A stretch of DNA of 64,000 nucleotides, from NCBI GenBank assembly GCA_002269645.1, contig NIVC01000764.1:186001-250000 (forward strand). The letters run 5' to 3'. The stretch comes from Macrostomum lignano. Lineage: Eukaryota. Below, piece after piece: positions 1-12,420 of the stretch (position 1 is its first letter; the number at the start of each line of letters is the position of its first letter). The notes below the pieces were generated by a model, which was not told the DNA's origin, made no database searches, and worked only from the letters and a program-made list of their open reading frames with translations. Both the position numbers and the translations under genes were made by a program.

Positions 1-1168
1 CAATCGATATAAATCAATCAATCAGTCGGATTCCGAAATCATGCAAACTAAAGTACACAGGGCATGTACTTTAGTGCAGCCCAAGGCGGCGAAGCGGCTG
101 GAATTTGTCACTAGAGTTAGTCAGGAGTGTGCAGAAGAATAAGTTATCCATTGAATTATTTGGTTGACTTAATTATAACATTAATTGGAAGTGAAAAAGT
201 GTTAGTGGGGCCGGCCCAAGCGAGTGGTACGTGCATTTACGAGCGTATAAGACTTTAAAATTAGGGGGCTAGCTGGGCGCAGATAACGAAAGGAGGGGTT
301 GGATCAGTGCGCGATTGAAGAGCCAATCAGAAGGCAGCGAGGGACAGAGATAAGAATAACAAGACTGAACAAGACAAGAGAGGGAGAGAACAAAGTAAAC
401 AAAGACGAGTGCACATGAACCTAACAAATGACTAAGAAAGTCTAGTAGCGACGTGAGGATCGCTGGAGGGCTCTGATACATGTACTTCTGCCGACGAGTT
501 GATACATTTCAGGCCAAAAGCGATCAAGTACATCTATTGTACATGTATTTTCTGGGAATCCAATAATGTAATAGTGCATCCAGTGGTGTAGAAAGACTCG
601 CATGTCCATGCTCTGAGGCCTGACAAGCCTGAGGATGCCGAACCCATCACAATGCATACAAACAAATCGTTTAGAAGGCGATTTGATCTTAATAAAAAGC
701 TGTCATGCTTAGTACCAACGATTATATCCCTTGTGTTGATTTGAAAAGCGAACTTCAAAGAAATCATACGAAGTCTGCATACACCGTTATGCTTAAGCAT
801 GATTGACGTTGAAAGCTACGATGTTGCAGTAAATTTTGCCAAAAATTCTGGCTAGCGAAAAAAAATTCCAAAAATTTAGAAACTAGAGAAGGCGTTAAGC
901 TCTATTTGCTTGACAAGCTGCTCAAATTTGACAAATGTGGGATATAATTTCATCGGTTAAAATGAATAATGCTTCAATTCTTTTGTCTGTGGATAGAGTA
1001 ACTAAATGACTCCTTTTAGAAGTAGCTGGCTTGCGTGAGCCGCACAAACAGTCGGTTACTGCTTGAGCTGCTTTGTGCCATGTCTATGCAGATTGAATTA
1101 CCAAGCACAATGTGAACCTGTATTTTATTGTGTACATTTGCCAAAGGACTCAAACTATACTTGTGAAG

Positions 1169-1220
<52 letters not shown>

Positions 1221-1368
1221 GGCAGGCAGGCAGACAGACAGACAGACAGATAGACAGACAGACAGACAGACAGACAGGCAGACAGACAGACAGACAGACA
1301 GACAGGCAGGCAGGCAGACAGACAGACAGACAGACAGGCAGGCAGGCAGACAGACAGGCAGACAGATA
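1169..1368. repeat. (GACA/GGCA)n microsatellite
   Basis: Continuous gacagaca/ggcaggca run; the overlapping TDRQ/CLSV ORFs are repeat artefacts. Confidence 0.97.
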
Positions 1369-1514
1369 GAAAGACACGTCATGGGGATCCTTGTCTTTTA
1401 ATTGGCTAGCGAAGAGGCTGCACTGCCATTGGATTCCAAGTCAATAAATACGGGGCACAGCAGTTCTCGGCAATTTCCCTGCCCACCCGATCAGCTCGGA
1501 CAGCCCGATAAGCC

Positions 1515-1823
1515 ATGCCTAGCAACAAGATCACCGTAGCAGAGTGCAAAAGCCGACGTGAGTCGTCGCGGCTGTCGCCGTCGCAGTCGCAGCCGCGGGA
1601 GGCGGCCGCCCTGGCGGCGATCCCATTCGCCGAGAAGCCACTGGCTCTGAGAGTCTTCGGATTGTTGCTGGGAGTTGCTCTGTTGCTGCTGCTGCTGTAC
1701 CAGGCTCGGCAGCTGTACACTGAGTATTCGCAATCGCCCACCGTCGCTTCGATGACTGCTGTGGAAAATTCACCGTTTCCCAGCCTGCTGATTTGCAACA
1801 GCGTGCCAGCGAGTTACACCACG
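1515..1823 (+). CDS. DEG/ENaC (ASIC-like) channel, exon 1 (N-terminus, TM1, FPxxxICN motif)
   Basis: ATG 1515; hydrophobic TM1 (LRVFGLLLGVALLLLLLY) followed by FPSLLICN, a variant of the family FPAVTICN motif; donor ACG|GTGAGC at 1824, phase 0. Confidence 0.85.
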
Positions 1824-1865
1824 GTGAGCTCTGACTTGTTGCTGCGCAATATCCTGATAGATCTT

Positions 1866-2283
1866 TCTGTCTGATTGCAGTTCTGTCTGATTGCAGTTCT
1901 GTCTGGTTGCAGTTCTGTTTGGTTGCAGTTCTGTCTGGTTGCAGTTCTGTTTGGTTGCAGTTCTGTCTGGTTGCAGTTCTGTCTGGTTGCAGTTCTGTCT
2001 GGTTGCAGTTCTGTCTGGTTGCAGTTCTGTCTGATTGCAGTTCTGTCTGATTGCAGTTCTGTCTGGTTGCAGTTCTGTCTGGTTGCAGTTCTGTCTGGTT
2101 GCAGTTCTGTCTGGTTGCAGTTCTGTCTGGTTGCAGTTCCGTCTGATTGCAGCTCTGTCTGGTTGCAGTTCTGTCTGATTGCAGTTCTGTCTGGTTGCAG
2201 TTCCGTCTGATTGCAGTTCTGTCTGGTTGCAGTTCCGTCTGATTGCAGCTCTGTCTGGTTGCAGTTCTGTCTGATTGCAGCTG
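1866..2283. repeat. 16-bp minisatellite (ttgcagttctgtctgg) in channel intron 1
   Basis: ttgcag recurs with 16-nt period. Confidence 0.95.
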
Positions 2284-2336
2284 TTTACTTGCAACAGTCT
2301 GATGGCACAATTCTGCCTGACTGCCACTAATTGCAG

Positions 2337-2790
2337 GTGTCAGCCCGAGCCCAGAAGTGGTTCTCCACCATCGCCTCGATGGCCCGTCAGTTCAACGAGT
2401 CCCAGTTCAACAGTGGTCAGGAGGACTTGCTGGCCATCTTCTTCAACTCGATGCCAGATGGTCTGGCCGCGGAACTATTCGGCATCTGGCCGGAGACCTT
2501 CCTGCTCGACTGCGTCATCAATGGGATTCGCCAGTGCGTCAAAGACGTTCACTACAGACTGTGGCGGCACGAGCTGTACCTCAACTGCCTGCAGTTCGAA
2601 TTCGATCCAGCCGAGGCGGCCGCGGTGACCTCACTGGAGATGACACTGTTTGCCGAGAGCCTGGCCGGCACGGAGGAGGCGATGAGGCAGCTGCCCAGCC
2701 TTATGGGAGTCCCCCTGACCACCGTGGCCTTCGATGGCAGCATCAGCGCAGACAGATCAGCTGGGGTGGCCGTGTTCCTGCACGACCCGG
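2337..2790 (+). CDS. DEG/ENaC channel exon 2
   Basis: Acceptor ctaattgcag|GTG, phase 0; encodes LDC..C..LNCLQFEF and GVAVFLHDP (family GVRVFIHDP motif); donor CCGG|GTGCGA, phase 1. Confidence 0.85.
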
Positions 2791-2821
2791 GTGCGAGTCA
2801 GGGACTGCTGCACTCTGAGAT

Positions 2822-3690
2822 TTTGGGATTCTAGGATCAGGGAGGGACTCCGGGATTCAGGAGTTCTGGGATTTTTGGGATTCTGGGATCTTTTTTTTAT
2901 TAGAGGCAGGGGGGTTGTGTGCACCCTGGCGCACTTTAAGCGACATAGGCACACAACCGGCGAGAGGCATTACTGCCCATTCCGCCGACTCCCCTGAGCA
3001 GGCATACAAGCGCGCGGATACGTACGCAGGCACACACTCACACAGGAGTGTACAGCGGCCCTAACTTTATATTATCGTTAGGCATGTACACTTCACTGCG
3101 CCTTGGGGGTTGGCTCTCAAGGCCGTTAATTGCACGAGCAGAGCCAAGCCGAGATTCCAATTCAGCCCCAAATTAATGTGACTGCACTTGGAATCGAGTC
3201 TGGGTCGCTGGCACACCAGAGCAGCTGCGCTACCGCTGGGCTACGCTACCCCTTGGGATTCTGGGATCAGGGAGGGACTCATGGATTTTGGGATTCTGGG
3301 ATCAGGAAGGGACTCATGGATTTTGGGATTCTGGGATCGGGGAGGGACTCAGGGATTTTTGGGTTTCTGGGATCAGGGAGGGACTCAGGGATTTTGGGAT
3401 TCTGGGATCGAGGAGGTAATCAAAGGATTTTGGGATTTGGGATCAGGAAGGGACTCTGGGATCAGGTAAGGGACTCTGGGATTTTTAGATTTTGGGATTC
3501 TGGGATCAGGGAGGGAATCTAGGATTTTGAGCGTCGGGGAGGACTCTGGGACTTCGGGATCAGGGAGGGACTCTAGGATTTTGGGACTCGCGGGAGGACT
3601 CTGGGATTCAAAGATTTTAGGATTTGGGGAGAGGACTCTGCGATCTGGAACTCGATGAGGGATTTTGTGATTCTGGGGATCTGAGATGCG
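2822..3690. repeat. Degenerate gggattctgggatcagggagggactc minisatellite, split by a SINE
   Basis: Repeated gggatt/ggactc units at 2822-2890 and 3253-3690. Confidence 0.85.
2891..3252 (-). mobile_element. tRNA-derived SINE (non-CORE family) with poly-A tail
   Basis: Minus strand starts GGGGTAGCGTAGCCCAGCGG (A-box like), then GACTCGATTCC (B-box like), ends CTCTAATAAAAAAAAA; ttgggattctgggatc on both flanks (2875-2890, 3253-3268). Confidence 0.7.
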
Positions 3691-4179
3691 CGGATGTACT
3701 TCGGTTGGGTCTGCGGTTCACGATGGCTCAGAGTTTTGGGGGCGAATTGGTGTTGATTTTGTTAATTAATCCTGTAATCACCTGCGCATAACCCAGGGCC
3801 CTACTCAGTTCATTCCTGATTGATACCTGCAGGCAGCCTGGCCTCAATCTTCATTTTGAATAATTCCTTTTCCTAGGCATCCTAGCTGGAATTATTTTCA
3901 CAGCTGATAAAATTTCTCACGGGCTCACACAATTTCATTTGTTAAATATTTGCAATTTGCATCCTTTACAGCCTTGTGCTGCTCTTAATATTTCACAGGA
4001 GAATTTTCAATACTTCTCGACATACGGCACTGAAAACTGTGGCATTGGTAGCCGAACTGATGTTTACGAGATTAATAATTGCTTTAGAGAAATTTGAGAA
4101 TGCCTTCATGCTTTGTCAACTGGATCCAGATGATATCTGAATGTTGCTATATAAACTGACTGTCTTCACTCTCAACTCT

Positions 4180-5050
4180 CCAATGTATACTCACACATCT
4201 CTACTCTCTCCCCTCTCCCATCTACTCTCCAATCTACTCTCCCATCTCTACTCACACATCTCTACTCTCTCCACTCTCCCATCTACTCTCCCAACTACTC
4301 TCCCATCTCTACTCACACATCTCTACCCTCTCCACTCTCCCATCTACTCTCCCATCTCTACTCTCCCATCTCTACTCACACATCTCTACTCTCTCCACTC
4401 TCCCATCTACTCTCCCATCTCTACTCTCCCATCTCTACTCACACATCTCTACCCTCTCCACTCTCCCATCTACTCTCCCATCTCTACTCACACATCGCTA
4501 CCCTCTCCACTCTCCCATCTACTCTCCCATCTCTACTCTCCCATCTCTACTCACACATCTCTACTCTCTCCACTCTCCCATCTACTCTCCAATGTCTATC
4601 CTCCCATCTATAATCTTCCATCTACTCTGCCATCTCTATTCTCCCATCTCTACTCTCACATCTCTACTCTCTCCACTCTCCCATCTACTCTCCCATCTCT
4701 ACTCTCCCATCTCTATTCACACATCTCTACTCTCTCCACTCTCCCATCTACGAGTACTCTCCCATCTACTCTCCCATCTACTCTCCTCTCCCATCTACCT
4801 ATCCCTACCCTCTCCACTATCCCATCTACTCTCCCATCTCTACTCTCTCCACTATCCCATCTATTCTCCCATCTCTTCTCGCACATCTCTACTCTCTCCA
4901 CTCTCCCATCTACTCTCCAATGTCTATCCTCCCATCTATAATCTTCCATCTACTCTCCCATCTCTACTCTCTCCTATCTCTCCCATCTCTACTCTCCCAT
5001 CTCCACTCTTCCATCTTACTCTCTCCACTCTACCATCTCTACTCTCTCTG
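4180..5050. repeat. CT-rich degenerate minisatellite (ctctcccatctact)
   Basis: Visible tandem units; the S/L/P/T/H-rich ORFs here are artefacts. Confidence 0.93.
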
Positions 5051-5122
5051 GACAGTCAACAGTATCATTGATGTCATTCCTGATTTCGTTTTATTTTCAA
5101 CTCCAAATCCCGATCCCCACAG

Positions 5123-5391
5123 AGTACTATCCCCATAGGAACTACAAGGTGATGCTGAGCACAGGCCGAGCAGTCACTCTGGTCTACAACAGACAGCTGT
5201 TGAGAATGAAGAACACCGCCAGCAGGCCCTGTCTGGACCAGCCTGAGCAGGTGGAATACCGGGTCTACAACAGCAGTGGCGGACCGCCAAACTGGCGTAA
5301 ATTTGAAGGCCGATTAGCGGACTGCAAATTAAAGGACACGATGGACTTCTACGAGAGATTTTGCGCCTGCAGGCCGATTGGATATCCGGTT
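5123..5391 (+). CDS. DEG/ENaC channel exon 3
   Basis: Acceptor ccccacag|AG completes the phase-1 codon GAG, giving FLHDPEYYPH...LSTG; Cys-rich thumb motif DCK...FCACRPIGYP; donor GTT|GTGAGG, phase 0. Confidence 0.85.
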
Positions 5392-5504
5392 GTGAGGATT
5401 CTCGTTCAGTTGAATATTATCCGACCCAATTTTGCATTGGCTACTTGTACGCCCCACTATTAAGTAGTGATGAGGGTGGCTCAATCTGCACCTGCCCTAC
5501 CCGC

Positions 5505-5866
5505 CCCTAATTGTCTGCTACTTCGCCCCTAATCCTCCTCTAATCCTCTCTTAATCCTTTATTTCTGACTCCCTAATCCTGCTTTACTCGAATCCCAAAT
5601 CTACATCCACTCCCTAATTCACCCCCTAATCGGTTCACTAATCCACTCCCTAATCCTCCTCTAATCCACTCCCTAATCCTCCCCTAATCCGCTCCCTAAT
5701 CCTCCCCTAATCCACTCCCTAATCCTCCCCTAATCCGCTCCCTAATCCTCCCCTAATCCGCTCCCTAATCCTCCCCTAATCCACTCCCTAATCCTCCCCT
5801 AATCCGCTCCCTAATCCACTCCCTAATCCTCCCCTAATCCATTCCCTAATCCGCTCCCTAATCCTC
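5505..5866. repeat. CCCTAAT-based minisatellite in channel intron 3
   Basis: Units ccctaatccactc / ccctaatcctc / ccctaatccgctc. Confidence 0.93.
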
Positions 5867-5874
5867 ACTGGCAG

Positions 5875-6330
5875 GACCGCCGCCGAGAGCGGCTGCCGCT
5901 TTGCCTGGACCGCGGCAGCCCCGACTTCAACGCCAGATACGCCTGCTACAGGAGGGCCCGGTCCAACTTCACCAATTCCAGCGGGAGCAGCAGAAACTGC
6001 CTGGAGCCGTGCAGCCGCGGCCAGCACGGCCTGTCAATCAGCAGCACCCTGTGGCCGCTGTCGGGCAACGTCAAGGATTTGATTGACAGCTGGGTAGTGC
6101 CGTTGCTGATGTCGCGCATGGCAACCGGAGGAGCGGCCTACCTGGCCAATCTGAGCAGTCTGGTTGGGGATAATCCCCAATCGGATTTGGTAAATGCCAC
6201 CGGGCTGGAGTACTCGAGCTTCAACGAGCTCAAGCAGCTGGCCCCGCTCAGATTCAATGCCAACCTGTCGCGGCAGGTGTGGAGCCAGTACCTCAGGGAT
6301 GTGGTGGGCAGCAACTTTGTCAAGCTGACT
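5875..6330 (+). CDS. DEG/ENaC channel exon 4
   Basis: Acceptor ctggcag|GAC, phase 0; open frame DRRRERLPLC...NCLEPC...SISSTLWP (family C..PC...S...WP motif); donor ACT|GTAAGT at 6331. Confidence 0.88.
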
Positions 6331-6394
6331 GTAAGTTGGGGGCGAGTGGGGTTCGGATGAAGGGGTGTGTCTTAAGACAGGGAATTCGAGGATA

Positions 6395-7739
6395 AGATAT
6401 GGGATTAGGACATGGGAGTGGAGGATTAAGATATGGGAGTGGAGGATTAAGATATGGGAGTGGAGGATTAAGATATAGGAGTGGAGGATTAAGATATGGG
6501 ATTAAGAAACGGGAGTGGAGGATTAAGATATGGGATTAGGACACGGGAGTGGTGGATTAAGATATGGGATTAGGACACGGGAGTGGAGGATTAACATATG
6601 GGATTAGGACACGGGAGTGGAGGATTAATATATGGGATTAACACACGGGAGTGGAGGATTAAGATATGGGATTAACACACGGGAGTGGAGGATTAAGATA
6701 TGGGATTAGGACACGGGGGTGGAGGATTAAGATATGAGATTAAGACACGGGAGTGGAGGATTAAGATATGGGATTAGGACACGGGAGTGGAGGATTAAGA
6801 TATGAGAATAAGGCACGGGAGTGGAGGATTAAGATATGAGAATAAGGCACGGGAGTGGAGGATTAAGATATGGGATTAAGACACGGGAGTGGAGGATTAA
6901 GATATGGGAGTGGAGGATTAAGACACGGGAGCGGAGGATTAAGATATGGGAGTGGAGGATTAAGATATGGGATTAGGACACGGGAGTGGAGGATTAAGAT
7001 ATGGGATTAGGACACGGGAGTGGAGGATTAAGATATGGGATTAGGACACGGGAGTGGAGGATTAAGATATGGGAGTGGAGGATTAAGATATGGGATTAAG
7101 ACACGGGAGTGGAGGATTAAGATATGGGAGTGGAGGATTAAGACACGGGAGAGGAGGATTAAGACACGGGAGAGGAGGATTGAGACACGGGAGAGGAGGA
7201 TTGAGACACGGGAGAGGAGGATTGAGACACGGGAGAGGAGGATTGAGACACGGGAGAGGAGGATTAAGACACGGGAGAGGAGGATTGAAACACGGGAGAG
7301 GAGGATTAAGACACGGGAGAGGAGGATTAAGACACGGGAGAGGAGGATTAAGACACGGGAGAGGAGGATTAAGACACGGGAGAGGAGGATTGAGACACGG
7401 GAGAGGAGGATTAAGACACGGGAGAGGAGGATTAAGACACGGGAGAGGAGGATTGAGACACGGGAGAGGAGGATTAAGACACGGGAGAGGAGGATTAAGA
7501 CACGGGAGAGGAGGATTAAGACACGGGAGAGGAGGATTAAGACACGGGAGAGGAGGATTGAGACACGGGAGAGGAGGATTAAGACACGGGAGAGGAGGAT
7601 TGAGACACGGGAGAGGAGGATTAAGACACGGGAGAGGAGGATTAAGACACGGGAGAGGAGGATTGAGACACGGGAGAGGAGGATTAAGACACAGGAGAGG
7701 AGGATTAAGACACGGGAGAGGAGGATTAAGACACGGGAG
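6395..7739. repeat. Purine-rich minisatellite: 21-bp gggagaggaggattaagacac plus longer related units
   Basis: Fills channel intron 4 and ends about 17 nt before the acceptor. Confidence 0.96.
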
Positions 7740-7756
7740 GGTCCCACAACCCGCAG

Positions 7757-8044
7757 GTGCGACCCGACTCCAAGCCGGCCATGCTGGTCTCAGAGGAGTG
7801 GAAGTACACAGTTGTGAACATATTCAGCGAGGTGGGCGGCCTGCTCGGCCTGTTTCTCGGCTGGTCGGCGATGTCCGTAGTGGAGCTGGCGCACCTGCTT
7901 TACGGCTTGAGTCGTTTGGCGATTCTGCGCCTGGGGCAGCGCAAAAAGCGGCACGAGGTGGCCGTGGCAAACCCAAACCCGCCGATTGCTAATACTACTG
8001 CCGAAGCTACTAAGGGCAAGAGTAGTATAGCAAAGATTTTTTGA
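7757..8044 (+). CDS. DEG/ENaC channel exon 5 (TM2, stop)
   Basis: Acceptor ccgcag|GTG; FSEVGGLLGLFLGWSAMSVVE is the TM2/GxS signature; the five exons total 1776 nt = 591 aa + stop. Confidence 0.92.
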   Translation: MRPDSKPAMLVSEEWKYTVVNIFSEVGGLLGLFLGWSAMSVVELAHLLYGLSRLAILRLGQRKKRHEVAVANPNPPIANTTAEATKGKSSIAKIF

Positions 8045-8113
8045 TTGACACTGATTGCTAGATGAGACACTATGGGGTTTGAAGCAGCTTGGATGCGTTG
8101 TGAGGAGGGACAA

Positions 8114-8470
8114 TGAGTCATGATGGGGCCAGATGAGTCATGATGGGGCCAGATGAGTCATGATAGGGCTGGATGAGTCATGATAAGGCCAGAAGAGTCA
8201 TGATAGGGCCAGATGAGTCATGATACAGCTGGATGAGTCATGATAGGGCCAGATGAGTCATGATGGGACCAGATGAGTCATGTTAGGGCCATCAGTCATG
8301 ATGGGGCCAGATGAGTCATGATAGGGCTGGATGAGTCGTGATAGGGCTAGATGAGTCATGATAGGGCCAGATGAGTCATGATGGGACCAGATGAGTCATG
8401 TTATGGCCATGAGTCATGATGGTGCCAGATGAGTCATGATGGTGGAGCCAGATGAGTCATGATGGGGCTG
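8114..8470. repeat. 20-bp minisatellite (atgagtcatgatggggccag)
   Basis: Tandem units just downstream of the channel stop codon. Confidence 0.93.
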
Positions 8471-9036
8471 GATAGCCAGTCAGAGAGCACGGGTGCGGCC
8501 TTTAAATTTCAATTACACAACCGAATTAGGAGCAGACAATTTCTTTCTCAATAATATTTGCACTGCACGCCCTTTTTCTACTGGTCAGTTTGTTGATAAA
8601 AGCTTGAAGTTAAACAACACTGCATTAAACATGCACTGCCTATCCCCAAAACGAAGTTTTCAAAAAACCAAATTAAACGAACAACCATTCTGGCTGGTCA
8701 TTTAGGACATTGACAGTAGTATGAGCGGAAAACGTTATAATTAATTTATTAAATAAACAAATCCATTTATTTTAAAAATATTACCAATTAAAGAGTACAA
8801 AAATCTGTATCAATTCTTTTAAACTAACTTACTCGCGCCAATTAATTAACAAAAAAGCAGCAAAGTGATGGTCAAAAATATCCAAAATGGACAATCAATA
8901 ACGATTGCAGAATTATTTTACAAGGCAATATTTGCAAGGGAACCAAGACGGAAGCTTGAACAACAGTATATTGATGATATAATGATACCGGAAGCTGACG
9001 ATTTTGTTCACATGCGCCTAGAACCGGGACTTATAG

Positions 9037-9066
9037 GCAGACAGACAGAAAGACAGACAGACAGAA

Positions 9067-9097
<31 letters not shown>

Positions 9098-9154
9098 AAG
9101 ACAGACAGACAGACAGAAAGACAGACAGACAGACAGACACACAGACAGACAGAA

Positions 9155-9199
<45 letters not shown>

Positions 9200-9218
9200 G
9201 GCAGACAGACAGACAGAA

Positions 9219-9297
<79 letters not shown>

Positions 9298-9304
9298 AAG
9301 AGAC
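9037..9304. repeat. (GACA)n microsatellite
   Basis: Visible run. Confidence 0.96.
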
Positions 9305-10639
9305 ACAGCTAGGGATACCAAAACCAACCAAAAGCAACACAGAATTATGCTCAACAGCAGCCGATATGTATCGAAAAGAAACATTAAAGCAAAAAAAAAG
9401 CAAGCGAAATGTCAAGTTTGAATGGCGCCATTCTGTTATAATTGCGATGAAGCGGCGTAGGAATTAAGTAACCACAAGCACTCTTAGAAGCACAGCGGGC
9501 AGAGCTGAATGGGCAACAAACAACTCATAGGAGAAATCGAACAGCGCACAATTAAAAAAAAACAAACAAAAAATTGAACTGGCGCCAGAAAATTGAAATA
9601 TTCTGTTTTATTGGCAAACAAGCGGATTTCGAATTGAACAGATAATATTTTCTTGAAAATTTATAAACAAAAAATAAAGTGGCAGTATACCGTATCTTGT
9701 TATTCAACATAAATTCGTAGCTCGAATAATTTCAACTTTTAGCGCCTCTTTATGCACACAACAGCAAAGCACACAATGTTGAATAAAATATCGAAAATGC
9801 TAGCATACATTCATAACGATACTAATAATATGTAATAATTATGTTAATTATGAAGACTGCGGCATATAAAGCTGAATAAAAACACCTAACAAGTCTTTCT
9901 GTCTTATTTTTGAAAATTGCTTGAACAGCCTACTTAGAGTAGAAATATACGAAAAACTGTTGACAAAATAAAAAAGTTTTTTAATAAATAAATTTTACAC
10001 ACACATTTAGCCTACTTGAAGTAGGTGCATATGCGGGAAAACATTGAAACTTGTACAGGAAAGCTATTGGCGATAAATGATGGACAAAAACTGACAAAAT
10101 ACAACAGAATTAAAGCAATTTAAAGCAGCAGCAGCAGGCGATAGAGGAATACAAATTCATCACTTATAATAACCAATTAGATGGGGCACTTAGTCAATAA
10201 GTAAATAATGAATTAAATAAATTATTTATAAAAAATGGAGAAATAATTAAATATATTCGATATATTTAAAGACTTGGAGGGGGGCAAATGAAGGTTAAAT
10301 TTGTGAACAATTATTTACAGAAAACATATTTAACTGACAAAAATAACAATGGATTTTGCTGAATGCAGTAGAAATATAATAGAAACAATCCACTGAGAGC
10401 GACACCTGTGTGTGACGAAACAGTCCGGTAAATATTCGGTGGGAAATAAAGAAAAATAGTTTCGCTGCTATGACTACTGACCAGGAAAGTTGCGAGTAGC
10501 GAGTCTCGGACAGATGATGTACAATTAACCAGGTCACTTAGGTAACAGCTTAACATCCTTATACACATCCATCTGTATCCCTTGGTAACAGCATAGCAAC
10601 TGATCCGTGATAACATCTGCACACTAATCGATAGCAATA

Positions 10640-10975
10640 GTTCCATCCATACTGCAACCCGTTAGCAACAGTCTAGCAACGGATGTAACATAGCAAACTC
10701 ATAACAAGATATTTGTCACAGCAGCAGCTTAGCAACGGAAATTTAACATAGCAACCGCATAGCAACAACATAGTAACAGCATAGCAACGGATCAGTCACA
10801 AAGAAACCACGGTTTTGTCCTATGGCAACTGCATAGCAACAGATTCATGGCATAGCAACCGCATAGCAACCAGATAGTAACAGCATAGCAACGGATCAGT
10901 CACATAGCAACCACGGTTTTGTCCAATGGCAACCACATAGCAACAGATTTATGGCATAGCAACCGCATAGCAACG
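10640..10975. repeat. Degenerate catagcaac repeat cluster
   Basis: Many tagcaac motifs, with longer duplicated blocks. Confidence 0.8.
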
Positions 10976-11119
10976 CATTTCGCCTCCGCGACAAAAATTA
11001 TCATATTTACATTTTCCGCTGAAAACCGTCAAACAATCTCCATATTGACAGCGTTGAATCGAACTACATCAAGATTACGTAATACTAGAATTTAACAAAT
11101 CCATAGAAATTCAATCCAA

Positions 11120-11734
11120 TCAATAGGTGGAGCGCGGAGTCTCCGGCTCGCATTTCAGATCGCCATGGGCAACTCCAGCCTCGTCGGCTTCATCATCGTC
11201 GGTGGCAAGGCCCATCCGCTGGCGCTGGCGCTGCTGCAGCTCGAACACCTCAATGAGCAGGGGGTCCAGCTCCTCGTACCGGAAGCCCACAATGTGGCAC
11301 AGCTGGCTAAACTCGTTAGCCAAATCTTCCAAATCGGACAGCCGGTTCATCAGATCGAAGTACACCCGCCTGGCGCACTGGGCCGGGAAGCTGTGCTGGA
11401 TGTAGCGCCTGAACAGCAGGATGTAGCCCTGCTGGATCCTGTCAACACGGTGCATGTTGCACAGGTTCGGCCGGGCGGGGTTGTAAAACTCGATCAGCTG
11501 TAGCAGGGTGAGGGCCAGCTGATCGCCCTGGCTAACCGAATGGTACTCGACCATGAATCTCTGGTAGCGATGCAGCAGGGCCTGCCCGTTGGGATAGACG
11601 CTGAGAGACTGGGACAGGCAGGCCAGGGACAGGGTGTGGTGCCCACCGAGGCTGTTGGACTGGAAGCTGAACGTGTTCTCCGCCGGGTTGTAGATGGAAA
11701 CGCCGCGCATGAGGATGAAGTGGAACACTCCGCC
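11120..11734 (-). CDS. HR96: Nuclear receptor NR1J/HR96-like, last exon (LBD C-terminal part, AF-2)
   Basis: Acceptor aatccgcag|GGC, phase 0; GGVFHFILMRG, FYNPARPNL, AF-2-like PLLIEVF; TGA at 11122-11120. Confidence 0.88.
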   Translation of the reverse strand, partial: GGVFHFILMRGVSIYNPAENTFSFQSNSLGGHHTLSLACLSQSLSVYPNGQALLHRYQRFMVEYHSVSQGDQLALTLLQLIEFYNPARPNLCNMHRVDRIQQGYILLFRRYIQHSFPAQCARRVYFDLMNRLSDLEDLANEFSQLCHIVGFRYEELDPLLIEVFELQQRQRQRMGLATDDDEADEAGVAHGDLKCEPETPRSTY

Positions 11735-11745
11735 CTGCGGATTGG

Positions 11746-12420
11746 GGATGAGGCTGCTGGATTATCTAGATGAGGCTGCTAGATCATCTAGATCAGGCTG
11801 CTAGATTATCTAGATCAGGCTGCTAGATTATCTAGATCAGGCTGCTAGATTATCTAGATCAGGCTGCTAGATTATCTAGATCAGGCTGCTTGATTATCTA
11901 GATGAGGCTGCTAGATTATCTAGATCAGGCTGCTAGATTATCTAGATCAGGCTGCTAGATCATTTAGATCAGGCTGCTAGATTATCTAGATCAGGCTGCT
12001 AGATTATCTAGATGAGGCTGCTAGATCATTTAGATCAGGCTGCTAGATTATCTAGATCAGGCTGCTTGATTATCTAGATGAGGCTGCTAGATTATCTAGA
12101 TCAGGCTGCTAGATTATCTAGATCAGGCTGCTAGATCATTTAGATCAGGCTGCTAGATTATCTAGATCAGGCTGCTTGATTATCTAGATGAGGCTGCTAG
12201 ATTATCTAGATCAGGCTGCTAGATTATCTAGATCAGGCTGCTAGATCATTTAGATCAGGCTGCTAGATTATCTAGATCAGGCTGCTAGATTATCTAGATG
12301 AGGCTGCTAGATCATTTAGATCAGGCTGCTAGATTATCTAGATAAGGCTGCTAGATTATTTAGATGAGGCTGCTAGATTATCTGGATGAGGCTGCTAGAC
12401 TATTTAGATGAGGCTGCCAG
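11746..12420. repeat. 22-bp minisatellite (aggctgctagattatctagatc)
   Basis: Tandem units containing palindromic tctaga, abutting the receptor acceptor. Confidence 0.96.

Noticed and set aside
269-800. Short minus-strand ORFs at the window start
   Set aside because: No recognisable motif or convincing splice context
7028-7992. Long ORFs (RHGRGGL, RRIKTRE, SRVLILL repeats)
   Set aside because: Translations of the 21-bp intronic minisatellite; the same applies to ORFs over the other arrays and the GACA/CT repeats
8865-9467. 200-aa ORF containing YIDD
   Set aside because: Largely a GACA microsatellite; no other RT motifs
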